Below are positions 19,871 to 29,291 of a DNA stretch of 64,000 bases, piece by piece (the stretch's first letter is position 1; each line of letters begins with the position of its first letter). Made by a program: the position numbers and the translations under genes. Origin of the DNA: Smithellaceae bacterium (lineage in GTDB: Bacteria > Desulfobacterota > Syntrophia > Syntrophales > Smithellaceae); assembly GCA_963667845.2 (NCBI GenBank), contig CAXXVL010000002.1, positions 1,792,001 through 1,856,000 of the forward strand. Direction: 5' to 3'. A model generated the notes under the pieces. It did not search any database. It worked only from the letters and a program-made list of their open reading frames with translations, and was not told the DNA's origin.

Positions 19871-20881
19871 ATGAGTAAATATTCACCGAACAAAAGGAAT
19901 CAGATCATAAGAGATGCTAAGCAATGTTTTCAATCTTTAGATTTGCCCATTAACAATAATGAATTCGATAAGGACAGTGAAATAGTCTTTACCTCTCAAA
20001 TCTGTAATGATCATGTCTGCGCGATTGCACTCGTGTCATTACATGACCAAGTCGACTTTATAAGCATTGATATAAACTTTAGCCCTAAAGTACCTTCGGC
20101 TAAAATGGTTAATGTCTGGCAGTTGCTTAATCTTCTAAATGGAATGATGCCCATCTATCATTACTCGATCTGTCCCCGCTGTAATGGCATATCATTACGA
20201 TCAGCTTTGTTCCTTTCCGAAGAGATCCTGCCCAAGGGCAAATTCAAGCGGCTCGTTCAAGATATGCTTGATGATGCATACCTTTGTTTCCCGTTAATTG
20301 AAGAAGTTGCAAAGGCTGGCAACCCGGAGATTCTCTATGATCGTTTTATGGATGATCATAAGGACATCATGAAAATGGAAGGAAGGCTCTCAAAGGAAGT
20401 TATAAGTAAAATATTGGGCGATATGAAATCGGTTTTTGCCGAACTCAAAATGTCCAGGACAGAGGTTGAAATACGTGGAAATATGTTTATCAAGGATTTC
20501 GTATTTCAGGATATGGATATTCCTTTGCGTATGGGTATAGAATTGGCCCATGAAAATGAAATAATCACCATGAATCTTGCCCCTCCGTTTACTGTTCCCC
20601 ATGAGAAGATTCCAATGGTGACAGAATTGGTAACCCATCTCAATCGAGGACATGGTCCAAATCACTTCTTTATTCACAGGGAATCCCATCGCGTGGTCCT
20701 TCTTAAAGGGATTATGATTGGCAATGGTATTCTTGATAAAAAGGAATTTAAAATGGCTGTTTGTGCACTGCTGGAGGTTGGATGTAAAGTATTTCCCATT
20801 ATCAAGGAACAACTTTCGACGAATGAAAAACCTGATGCTCTCGTCAATCGGATCTTTGGAATTACAAAATGTAATGAATAA
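19871..20881 (+). CDS. Hypothetical protein with two tandem YbjN/T3SS-chaperone-like domains
   Basis: Internal repeat VPSAKMVNVWQLLNLLN...FPLIEE and VPHEKIPMVTELVTHLN...FPIIKE. Confidence 0.55.
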   Translation: MSKYSPNKRNQIIRDAKQCFQSLDLPINNNEFDKDSEIVFTSQICNDHVCAIALVSLHDQVDFISIDINFSPKVPSAKMVNVWQLLNLLNGMMPIYHYSICPRCNGISLRSALFLSEEILPKGKFKRLVQDMLDDAYLCFPLIEEVAKAGNPEILYDRFMDDHKDIMKMEGRLSKEVISKILGDMKSVFAELKMSRTEVEIRGNMFIKDFVFQDMDIPLRMGIELAHENEIITMNLAPPFTVPHEKIPMVTELVTHLNRGHGPNHFFIHRESHRVVLLKGIMIGNGILDKKEFKMAVCALLEVGCKVFPIIKEQLSTNEKPDALVNRIFGITKCNE

Positions 20882-21035
20882 TCCAGACAGCTAACACACA
20901 AAGGGGCTCATTCTCTCTTCACAGGGGATGAGTCCTTTTTTATTTCATCCCGTTCAATGCCCAAGAAACAATCCCGAACCAATCTGTCTTGTTGCCTAGA
21001 ACAAATATTAAATTCAATTCAAGGAGGACTACATC

Positions 21036-21230
21036 ATGGAAACAAGAACCAATGTGCAAATCAATCTATCAATCCCCGAGCAATACCGCAATCTGCTCCG
21101 GAGAATGGCGGCAGAACGGGTCATGTCAGATCCAAGTCAAGTTACAACTGGATCGTCAATTGCAACGGAATTGCTGTTAGCGGCATTAAAAGAAATATCT
21201 GGAGAAACAAAGAAGGAAGGAGAAAAATAG
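21036..21230 (+). CDS. Small ribbon-helix-helix-like DNA-binding protein
   Basis: AGGAGG RBS; VQINLSIPEQYRNLLRRMA strand-helix pattern; directly before the primase. Confidence 0.6.
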   Translation: METRTNVQINLSIPEQYRNLLRRMAAERVMSDPSQVTTGSSIATELLLAALKEISGETKKEGEK

Positions 21231-21232
21231 AA

Positions 21233-23566
21233 ATGATAAACGATACTAATTTATCCAAAGAAGAATCCATAAAGGCAGCAACTAGCTTTTTAAACGCTAT
21301 ATTCCACTCATCCCTAAACCAAGACGCGGGTGAAATTGAAATAAGAATATTTAGACCCCAAGCAGCATCTCATTTCTTTAGGTCTGTTCAAGCCGCGGCT
21401 GAATTAACTATCGACCTTTGCAATCAAGGTTTAGACGTTTATGTCGGCGTTAATCCCAGAACAGGACAGAAGGGGAAAAAAGAGAATGTTCATTATCTGT
21501 CTTCCTTTCACGCTGAGATTGATTACGGCAGCATTGGCCATAAAAAGGAAACAGAATTTGCAAATTACGAAGAAGCGATGGACGCGATCAATAATTTTCA
21601 TTTGCAACCTTCTGCTGTTATTCATTCCGGCGGCGGTTTCCATTGCTACTGGGTTTTAAAAACTCCATTACGTGTATCAGATTATGGAATAGCTACACTG
21701 GAAAATATCAACAAAGCACTCACTCAATCTCTTAATGGCGATCCAGGCACTCATGATATTTCAAGGGTGCTTCGCGTTCCAGGAACCTTTAACTTTAAAA
21801 ATCCGCAGAATCCAAGGCCAGTTGGAATCATATCTATGAGTGGTTTGACGTATGAGTATGATGATTTTAACGAAGTGCTGGCGATCATAAAAGATGAACC
21901 GATTAAATCCAAGGCCAAAGCTGAAGTACAAACTATTTCATTAGTTGATAATAAAGAACCAGTTCAAACTTCAAGGGGCAATAATATTGAAATCGATAAA
22001 TTGCCGGTAACTGAAAAAATTAAATTCCTCATTCTGCATGGCAATGATGGTTCTTATACATCGCGTAGTGAAGCAGATATGGCAGTAATTTTATCGTTGG
22101 TTAATAAAGGCCTAAGCGAGAATGAAATCAAAAGCATTTTTCAGACATATCCCGTTGGCGTTAAGTATCGTGAACATTCAGCGCCAGATGACTATCTGAA
22201 ACATAATATCCAAAAGGCGAAAGAAATGTCTAATCTGACGGAAGAAGAAATGCAGAACCCGCTTTTCATATCAGGAGCCATTACAAAGACAGATAAAGGC
22301 TGTCGCTTAAACGTCTTGAAGTATGAGGAGTACATGGTGAAAAAATATATGATCAAGGTCATGGATCAGGAAAATGCATTCTTTAAATATAACGGAAAAT
22401 GCTATGAACACTGCACCGAGAAGACATTAAACAATCTTTGCCAGAATGAATTGGCGGATTACCGGTATCTTTTTGCCAAGTCGAATCTGAATGAACTGAT
22501 TCATTACGCGATTGGCGATGCCCTTGTAAATAGTGATAATGCAAGAATCAATCAGGTCAAATATCTCACTTTGCAAAATGGGCTTTATGATCTTGATGCC
22601 GGTGAGCTGATTGGCCATTCCCGTGATATTTTTACGACTAATCTTCTCCCTTACAATTATGATTCAACAGCAACTTGCCCCAGGTTCATTCAGTTCCTGA
22701 AAGAAATATTTGAAGATAATCAGGAAAAAATAGACTTTGTCCAGGAAGCTGTCGGTTATGCTTTTCATAAATCACTTCCTACACCGGCTGCATTCTTTCT
22801 TGTTGGCGGCGGCAGCAACGGAAAATCAGTTTTCATCAACACCATTGCCAGTCTGATAGGAAAGGAAAATACTTCCAACGTCAGCTTTAATGCCTTGTCA
22901 AATGAATATTACGTCTTGGAGCTCTTTCAGAAAATGATTAATATCTCCGGTGAAACTCCGCAGAATAAATGTATCAATACGGATGCAGTGAAAGCTGCAA
23001 CTGCCGGAGACTGGATCACAGGAAGAGAATTATACAAGGCACCCATGAAATTCAGACCATTTGCCAAGCACTTTCTGGCTATGAATAAACCTCCCGTCAT
23101 CTCTGATCAATCCCATGGAATGTGGAGAAGAATATGGGTTCTGGAATTCAACAGATGCTTCACTGAAACGGACATGGATCGACAACTGGAAGAGAAGCTG
23201 GTTAGTGAACTCTCCGGAATATTCAACTGGGCACTGGAAGGATATAAGACCTTAAAGGAGAAGAAATTTGCCCTGAGCGAACCATCGTCCATGAAGATGT
23301 CGAAGAAGGAATATCGTGATGACATTACCAGTGACAGCATCAGTTCTTTCGAGAAGAGGTGCATGCAGAAATCAAACGATCCAAAGGATATAGTCGTCTT
23401 CAGTGATACCTATGACATTTATGTGAAATACTGCATACGAGAAGAAAAACCAGACATACAGGTGAAAAATGATTTTAAGATAAGGCTCAAAGATATGGGC
23501 TATAAAATAGAAAGTTCAACAAAACGTAATAATAAAGTTTGTATCCTGAACGTAAAGCTGAATTGA
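21233..23566 (+). CDS. Primase-helicase: RepB-type primase, D5_N and P4/D5 SF3 helicase
   Basis: VYVGVNPR, IHSGGGFHCYW, RVLRVPGTFNFK; LQNGLYDL, CPRFIQFL, Walker A GGGSNGKS, GMWRRI; AGGAG RBS before ATG 21233. Confidence 0.9.
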   Translation: MINDTNLSKEESIKAATSFLNAIFHSSLNQDAGEIEIRIFRPQAASHFFRSVQAAAELTIDLCNQGLDVYVGVNPRTGQKGKKENVHYLSSFHAEIDYGSIGHKKETEFANYEEAMDAINNFHLQPSAVIHSGGGFHCYWVLKTPLRVSDYGIATLENINKALTQSLNGDPGTHDISRVLRVPGTFNFKNPQNPRPVGIISMSGLTYEYDDFNEVLAIIKDEPIKSKAKAEVQTISLVDNKEPVQTSRGNNIEIDKLPVTEKIKFLILHGNDGSYTSRSEADMAVILSLVNKGLSENEIKSIFQTYPVGVKYREHSAPDDYLKHNIQKAKEMSNLTEEEMQNPLFISGAITKTDKGCRLNVLKYEEYMVKKYMIKVMDQENAFFKYNGKCYEHCTEKTLNNLCQNELADYRYLFAKSNLNELIHYAIGDALVNSDNARINQVKYLTLQNGLYDLDAGELIGHSRDIFTTNLLPYNYDSTATCPRFIQFLKEIFEDNQEKIDFVQEAVGYAFHKSLPTPAAFFLVGGGSNGKSVFINTIASLIGKENTSNVSFNALSNEYYVLELFQKMINISGETPQNKCINTDAVKAATAGDWITGRELYKAPMKFRPFAKHFLAMNKPPVISDQSHGMWRRIWVLEFNRCFTETDMDRQLEEKLVSELSGIFNWALEGYKTLKEKKFALSEPSSMKMSKKEYRDDITSDSISSFEKRCMQKSNDPKDIVVFSDTYDIYVKYCIREEKPDIQVKNDFKIRLKDMGYKIESSTKRNNKVCILNVKLN

Positions 23567-23612
23567 AAAAATAAATTACCATGAGGGAGGGGAGTGAATA
23601 TTATAGCTTTTC

Positions 23613-23979
23613 TCCCCTCCCCAAAAGAAAAAGGGACTATCTATCTTGAACCAGATCATAACCTTTAGATTAAGAAAAGATTAACAAGTACAAGGCCAGA
23701 AAAACAGGATAATGGATAGATTATATATGCTTAGAGTAAAGATTAACTTTATTAACATAGAAATGACACATTCCCAAAATAAATATCAATAATAGAATTT
23801 AATATAAAATATTTAATGTCCAAAAAGGATAGAGTTTTTAGTTAATCTAGTTAATCTTTCGGGAAGCCTTACAAATTATTCTGGAATATGAGCTGTTGAA
23901 CATGAACAAGTTAATCTAATGTTATTCTAGTGGCCATGATCTTCAAGTAGTTGTCCTTCACTTTCTTTTGGGGAGGGGA
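23613..23979. repeat. Putative replication origin: inverted repeats enclosing opposed AGATTAA(C)/GTTAATCT iterons and an AT-rich centre
   Basis: TCCCCTCCCCAAAAGAAA (23613-23630) is inverted at 23962-23979; iterons at about 23667, 23678, 23740 versus 23841, 23850, 23910. Confidence 0.65.
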
Positions 23980-24400
23980 AAAAGAGAACTTTCAATTATT
24001 TAAAGAAAATTTTGTTTGGTGATGGATAGTGTTATTAACATTCCGAAATCAACAATACAGGAAGTAATGCCTTACCATCATTTTTTGCATTTGTTTTCAA
24101 GAATACTTCATTTATCAAACCGTATGCCAGTTCCAAAACCTCCTATCTTATTTACACTTTTTTAAAAGAAACCCACAATCCAATAATGGCACCAACAAGA
24201 ATAAACCCGATTCCAGTAACCAACGGTATAGCAACTACTTTGCGAGCATCATTTACTATCTCTATCATGTCTACCATTTCCTCTCGTAACTCTTTCGCGC
24301 AAAGCCCATTAGATGCCTTTTTCATGCACTCAGCACCGATGGAGGTTTTGAAAAATGTCCCATCCCGAAGGGCTATATTATTAAGCGCTTTTTCGGGAAG

Positions 24401-25483
24401 TTAGGGCAATTTTTCCAAGTTGTGATATATATATCCTACCACCTGTGAACCATTTTTTTTAACATAGGACTTATTCGGGTAGTCAGCAATATTGGTTGTA
24501 TCCCACACATATTTTCCAGAAATCATGTTCATGCTTTTCATTTGAATGCCATTTTTATCAATGATAATCCCAACGTGACCAGCATAATCATTAATAGAAC
24601 TTGCCTTGAAAACAACGATTGCACCTATTTTTGAATGTGACCCTTTCTCACTTGTGGCGTTATGATACCAATCAATCGCGTTTCCGCTCCAAGGAAGTGA
24701 ATAGCAAGTTTTGCCGTTTAACGTAACTGAAGCTCCTTTGGTTTTCGCAACACCATATGTGCACCAACCATCGCAAAAAGTACCTCCGGTCTTTACCTTT
24801 GCTGAGCAAACCGCATTTTTCCCACCATTTGCACCATTACAATTCCATGTCCAAGGCCCCGATCCTTTTACATTAGTTGAAGTACCAGAGTTACATAATT
24901 TTGATGAAGGTTTTGAAGCAAGGGTCGAGCCGTTACTACTACCGCATGCACCATCTATCTTAGGCTTTTTAGTAGTTTTCTTCGCCGCCCTCGTTTCTTC
25001 TTCCTCAATAACCTTATTCAAATCAGCATCGGATAAACTTCTTGAAGTGCTGTCACAATTTATGCAAATTGCTTTGCCATTAAAATCCTGGATATTCAAT
25101 GCCGCCTTATCCCATATTGCACTTGTTGTTGATACTTCAAAGGTATATTCCCCTTGATGAAAATCGGATGCCCGTGCCGGATAGGAAATATTAAGTTTCC
25201 TTTTATCTTCACTCAAAATCGCTTTTCCAAGGCTTCTGATTTCTTTGGTTACATCATCTCCATTTAATTTGATTAAAAGCTTGCTCAAATCGATTTCGGC
25301 GTCGCTTCCTATTGAAAGAACAATATTGCAATCGCTTAGAAACGAAATGATGCCCCTGTTATTAGGTTCCACAGACACGGTCAGATCGGCATGGGCTGTA
25401 TTGCTTAGGATAAGAATGGGGACAAGAAAGACTAACCGCAAATATTTAACGAATTGGAACGGGCACAAAATGATTTTTTTCAT
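24401..25483 (-). CDS. Secreted CHAP-domain amidase-like protein with a Cys-rich surface module
   Basis: Signal peptide ending AHA; DGACGSSNG...PWTWNCNGANGG module; GWCTYGV, GNAIDW, GAIVVF and AGHVGII (Cys/His). Confidence 0.75.
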   Translation of the reverse strand: MKKIILCPFQFVKYLRLVFLVPILILSNTAHADLTVSVEPNNRGIISFLSDCNIVLSIGSDAEIDLSKLLIKLNGDDVTKEIRSLGKAILSEDKRKLNISYPARASDFHQGEYTFEVSTTSAIWDKAALNIQDFNGKAICINCDSTSRSLSDADLNKVIEEEETRAAKKTTKKPKIDGACGSSNGSTLASKPSSKLCNSGTSTNVKGSGPWTWNCNGANGGKNAVCSAKVKTGGTFCDGWCTYGVAKTKGASVTLNGKTCYSLPWSGNAIDWYHNATSEKGSHSKIGAIVVFKASSINDYAGHVGIIIDKNGIQMKSMNMISGKYVWDTTNIADYPNKSYVKKNGSQVVGYIYHNLEKLP

Positions 25484-25521
25484 GATATTCTCCAAGAGAT
25501 AGTGAGTGTGAATCACAATGA

Positions 25522-27156
25522 TTACTTATGCTTTCTAAAAATGAAATCGCCTCCATCATGTCCGGAATTGCGGATAATATTATATTCAGGGGTTTGTTCA
25601 GTCCTACCCGCCACCGATTCCTTTAGGTAACGCGTGGTCAATTCCTCAGCCGTGAAAATATTTTCATTCGTATTATTCAGAGCTGTGATTAATACATCTG
25701 AAAAAATGGAGTGTCCTTTGCCGCCTGCATCGGTCACAGGTTCATTACCACCACTGGCGATCAGTACACGCGACGGCTTATTAAAGAGTTTATTCAGATA
25801 ATTCTCACGAGTACTGTTTTTTGACGGACTTGTATCGATGGATCGTGTCATGGTACCCGAAAAGCAACTGTCGGCGATTACCAGTATATGTCTGGCACTG
25901 ATCAGTTTGAACTGATCCGATAAGCTTCTCGCCTCCAACCATTCAGTATTGTCATCACGATCGGCATCAACAGGAAGCCAGTAAGATGTGCCGGTATCTT
26001 TATTGAATTCACCGTGTCCGGAGTAAAAAACAAGAAGGCTATCTTGTTCAGTCAATTTTTTGCGATAATCATTCAGCGCTTTCATTATATTTTCGCGTGT
26101 TGCCTGTTGGTCAATTAGCAGTTTGGTCTCAAATCCATAGCGATCACGTAGAACCTGATCAACAACGGTAGCATCGTTTACTGCATTTTTTAGCTTATTG
26201 ACATGCTGATAACTGTTGATGCCGATTATCAGACCATAGAATTTTCCCTGCATTAATGAATTTGAAAGCGATCTTGCTTCGGCAGAAGATAATTCTTCAT
26301 TCCCTGTCGATCGTGTAACTACCTCAATTACAGCTACTATTGTTTCAGCAACCTTTTGGATAACCTTGCACCACCCCCCGCAGTTGAGGTTGATTGTAAG
26401 TTGTTCAGTTCCATCACTACTGCGAGACTCTGACAATATTTGCCTTTGTACAATTATCTGCTCTGTACGATTACCGGCGAGGATAGACCTTACTCTTTCC
26501 CCGGCAACTGGCGCCGAATCAGTATATGTGACGGTAGCTCCCAGTTTTGCCGCAATGTTTTCCGCCTGTGCTTCAAGATCAGTGCAATTGTCGCACGATA
26601 CCATGAGTTCATAATTGTCACCCGTTGGTGCGTCTGCCGGGATACTTATATTAAAACGTTCGAATAGGTGAGGAGGCAATTTTATGAAAATTCTTGTTAT
26701 TGGTGGTGCAGGTTCATTGTTTGGATCTCGCGTTGCGGCGGAGTCGATATTTGAGAGACCTGCTTCTCCTTGCTTTGGGTTAGGTGATTCCAAAACGGTG
26801 CTATAGAGTTCTTTTAATTTATCATAGGCGTCAGTCCTACCAGCCTTCCACGCTCGACGATACATTTCTGAAGCTTCATAATCATTCTGCTTGACCCCAT
26901 AACCATTCTCATACATCAGGCCAAGCATATATAAAGCGTCTTTTGCATTTGGAGCAAGGTGAACGCAATCCTGGAAAGCACTAAAGGCTTGTGAATAATC
27001 CTTTGCATCATAATACTGCATTGCTTGAAGATACTGATTCCCTTCCTGTTGGTCAGCAGCTTGGACTAATGTGATATTCAACATTACAACGAAGAGTATA
27101 AATACAAGTAAGAAAATTTGAAACTTCATTCGAGCAGATAATATTGGATTTAACAT
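25522..27156 (-). CDS. Secreted Sel1-repeat plus caspase-family (peptidase C14) protein
   Basis: Signal peptide; ALYMLGLMYENGYGVKQN Sel1 repeat; LIIGINSY, LKNAVNDA, FYSGHG, IADSCFSG. Confidence 0.88.
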   Translation of the reverse strand: MLNPILSARMKFQIFLLVFILFVVMLNITLVQAADQQEGNQYLQAMQYYDAKDYSQAFSAFQDCVHLAPNAKDALYMLGLMYENGYGVKQNDYEASEMYRRAWKAGRTDAYDKLKELYSTVLESPNPKQGEAGLSNIDSAATRDPNNEPAPPITRIFIKLPPHLFERFNISIPADAPTGDNYELMVSCDNCTDLEAQAENIAAKLGATVTYTDSAPVAGERVRSILAGNRTEQIIVQRQILSESRSSDGTEQLTINLNCGGWCKVIQKVAETIVAVIEVVTRSTGNEELSSAEARSLSNSLMQGKFYGLIIGINSYQHVNKLKNAVNDATVVDQVLRDRYGFETKLLIDQQATRENIMKALNDYRKKLTEQDSLLVFYSGHGEFNKDTGTSYWLPVDADRDDNTEWLEARSLSDQFKLISARHILVIADSCFSGTMTRSIDTSPSKNSTRENYLNKLFNKPSRVLIASGGNEPVTDAGGKGHSIFSDVLITALNNTNENIFTAEELTTRYLKESVAGRTEQTPEYNIIRNSGHDGGDFIFRKHK

Positions 27157-27207
27157 TTCATTAATCCTCCACACATTTATTAAATCTAGCGTAAGCTGCG
27201 TTTGATG

Positions 27208-29193
27208 CTAATCAAAATTTCCAAATTTGAAATCGCCCTCTCCTTCAAGGGATTTGAATTGCGGATTCTGCTTTCCTTCTGTTTGCTTCGATACTTCTTT
27301 TTTAACAAAATACCCTATGTCAGATGCGAGGATAATTCCTTTGCCACTATAAAGTGATTTATTGCCGAAAGAATCCAAAAATGTTTTTGTGAATATACCA
27401 TGTCCTGCCTTCCCATCTTCCCCTGCTGTTTCATTTTTGCCCCCTGCAGTAATAATTTGCACAGCGTCATGCGGATGTGAACCTTGATTTACAGTACCCA
27501 GTATTGCACCATAACCAGAATAACAGGAATCAAAAACTAATAGGATGTGTTTGGCTTTATATCTTTTGATGACTTCGCGAATTTTCTCCATGGAAATGGC
27601 GGTACCTCTATAGTTCTTTTTCTTAGCATCCCTAGGTAGTATGTATCCTTCCATTTCACCACCCTTAAGCTCTTCAGTGTCTCCATGTCCCGCAAAATAT
27701 ACAAAAAGCGCATCATTTTTACCTAGAGAATATGGCAGTTCGTCCGCAAGTACACGTAAAATGCCTGCTCTAGTTGCATTAGCTTCCGGTATCTCGATTA
27801 CCTTGTCAAAACCCATTTTGATAATTTGTTCTTTGACGGATTGTGCATCTCTCACCGCGAAATCAAGAGATTCATATTCCGAATTATTATATTTATTGAT
27901 TCCAATGATGACGGCAACCTTGTGGTCATATATCTTATCCATTACCTTGCTAGATGTCTCATTTCCTTGAATCTCAATTTGCTGTCTGACATTCTTTCCC
28001 TTTGCATCCAGAACTTTAACAACAAATCGATTACTACCCTGGACAAGTGGCAAGGTAACTGTATATCTTTTCACGTTTCCCGGTAAAATGGTTTTTTCCA
28101 ACAAGCTTGCCTCTGCAGAAATGCAATTAACATCATTCACCGTCACCATCCTAACTAAATCCCTAGCAGATGCTAAAATCACAAAAGCAGCCATTTGATT
28201 TCCGATAATTTTTATTCCTCGTGCTGTTTTGGGTTCAAGAATTTTTATCCAAGGACCTTCTGTGTCTTTCTTGACGGTCTTCTTTGTTTTCCCTGCCAGA
28301 TTTAATTTAGCTTCTTGTAAAATTAATTTTGTCTGTTCAATTTCCGGATATACCATCTTGGATTCAATATCGATAACCCTGCCCGTTCTCTCAATCTTGT
28401 AACGAACAGTACTTCCGTACATTGTTAAGATTTTATCTGCTTCACGCCATAAATCCTGTGTGCTTCCAATCTTTGCTCCATTAATTTCAAGAAGCTGATC
28501 CCCTTGCATAATGCCATTCAAATCAGCCATCCCGCCTTCACTCATAAATTCAATCTTTGTTCCTCCAGAATCAGCACCAACATGGACTTTATAGGTTTTA
28601 TTTAATATCTGATTACAAATTTTGATCGCATTTGGATAATTACCCAATCCCATTTGATAATTTAGATTTTTAAATAACAATCTCATGTTATAGAAATCTC
28701 GCGCTGCTTCAATAATGTTTTTGTAGAAATCGGGAGGCATTTTCAAATGTTTCTGCATTTTATAATATTTGGAGGTTCCAACCGTTTTGGTTGCTTCTAA
28801 ACTATGACGATAAGCTTCTTCAAGCTTACCCTGCTTATAATACATTTGGGCAAGCGCCATATAGCTCATATAGGCTGCGTCTGGATACAAAGCAATACTT
28901 TGCAGAAAATATTTTTCTGACTTAGTGTAATCATCCAGCATCATATAAGATATTCCTAAACAGAAGGTGCTTATATAATCTGCATTCACAGCTTCGCCAT
29001 AGGGACTGAGCATTAATGGTTTCCCATCTTGATTTGATTTAAGTGCAGCTTCACAGGCAGGGACTGCTTTGCCGTATTCACCTGCTTGCAAATCCGACCC
29101 ACCACTAACTAAGTGTGATAAAGTACAACCGGTTAAAAATAATAGTAATAAACTCAGAACAAACAACTTTGCTAACGAAAAATTATTTCTCAT
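27208..29193 (-). CDS. Lipoprotein: TPR, PDZ, Ig-like and caspase-family (C14) domains
   Basis: Lipobox LTGC; TPR helices; GGMADLNGIMQGDQLLEING (PDZ); YFAGHG, VFDSCYSG. Confidence 0.88.
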   Translation of the reverse strand: MRNNFSLAKLFVLSLLLLFLTGCTLSHLVSGGSDLQAGEYGKAVPACEAALKSNQDGKPLMLSPYGEAVNADYISTFCLGISYMMLDDYTKSEKYFLQSIALYPDAAYMSYMALAQMYYKQGKLEEAYRHSLEATKTVGTSKYYKMQKHLKMPPDFYKNIIEAARDFYNMRLLFKNLNYQMGLGNYPNAIKICNQILNKTYKVHVGADSGGTKIEFMSEGGMADLNGIMQGDQLLEINGAKIGSTQDLWREADKILTMYGSTVRYKIERTGRVIDIESKMVYPEIEQTKLILQEAKLNLAGKTKKTVKKDTEGPWIKILEPKTARGIKIIGNQMAAFVILASARDLVRMVTVNDVNCISAEASLLEKTILPGNVKRYTVTLPLVQGSNRFVVKVLDAKGKNVRQQIEIQGNETSSKVMDKIYDHKVAVIIGINKYNNSEYESLDFAVRDAQSVKEQIIKMGFDKVIEIPEANATRAGILRVLADELPYSLGKNDALFVYFAGHGDTEELKGGEMEGYILPRDAKKKNYRGTAISMEKIREVIKRYKAKHILLVFDSCYSGYGAILGTVNQGSHPHDAVQIITAGGKNETAGEDGKAGHGIFTKTFLDSFGNKSLYSGKGIILASDIGYFVKKEVSKQTEGKQNPQFKSLEGEGDFKFGNFD

Positions 29194-29291
29194 TTAATAT
29201 CCATTTCTAAGTTTAATAATTTCCCCTAATATGCTTTAAAATGTAGTCATGTCTTTGTTACAATTTATTCAAGGCTAAGTTTTACTGGATT

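Noticed and set aside
20957..21232. 92-aa N-terminal extension of the primase in the ORF track
   Set aside because: Overlaps an RHH gene with a strong RBS; ATG 21233 has its own RBS
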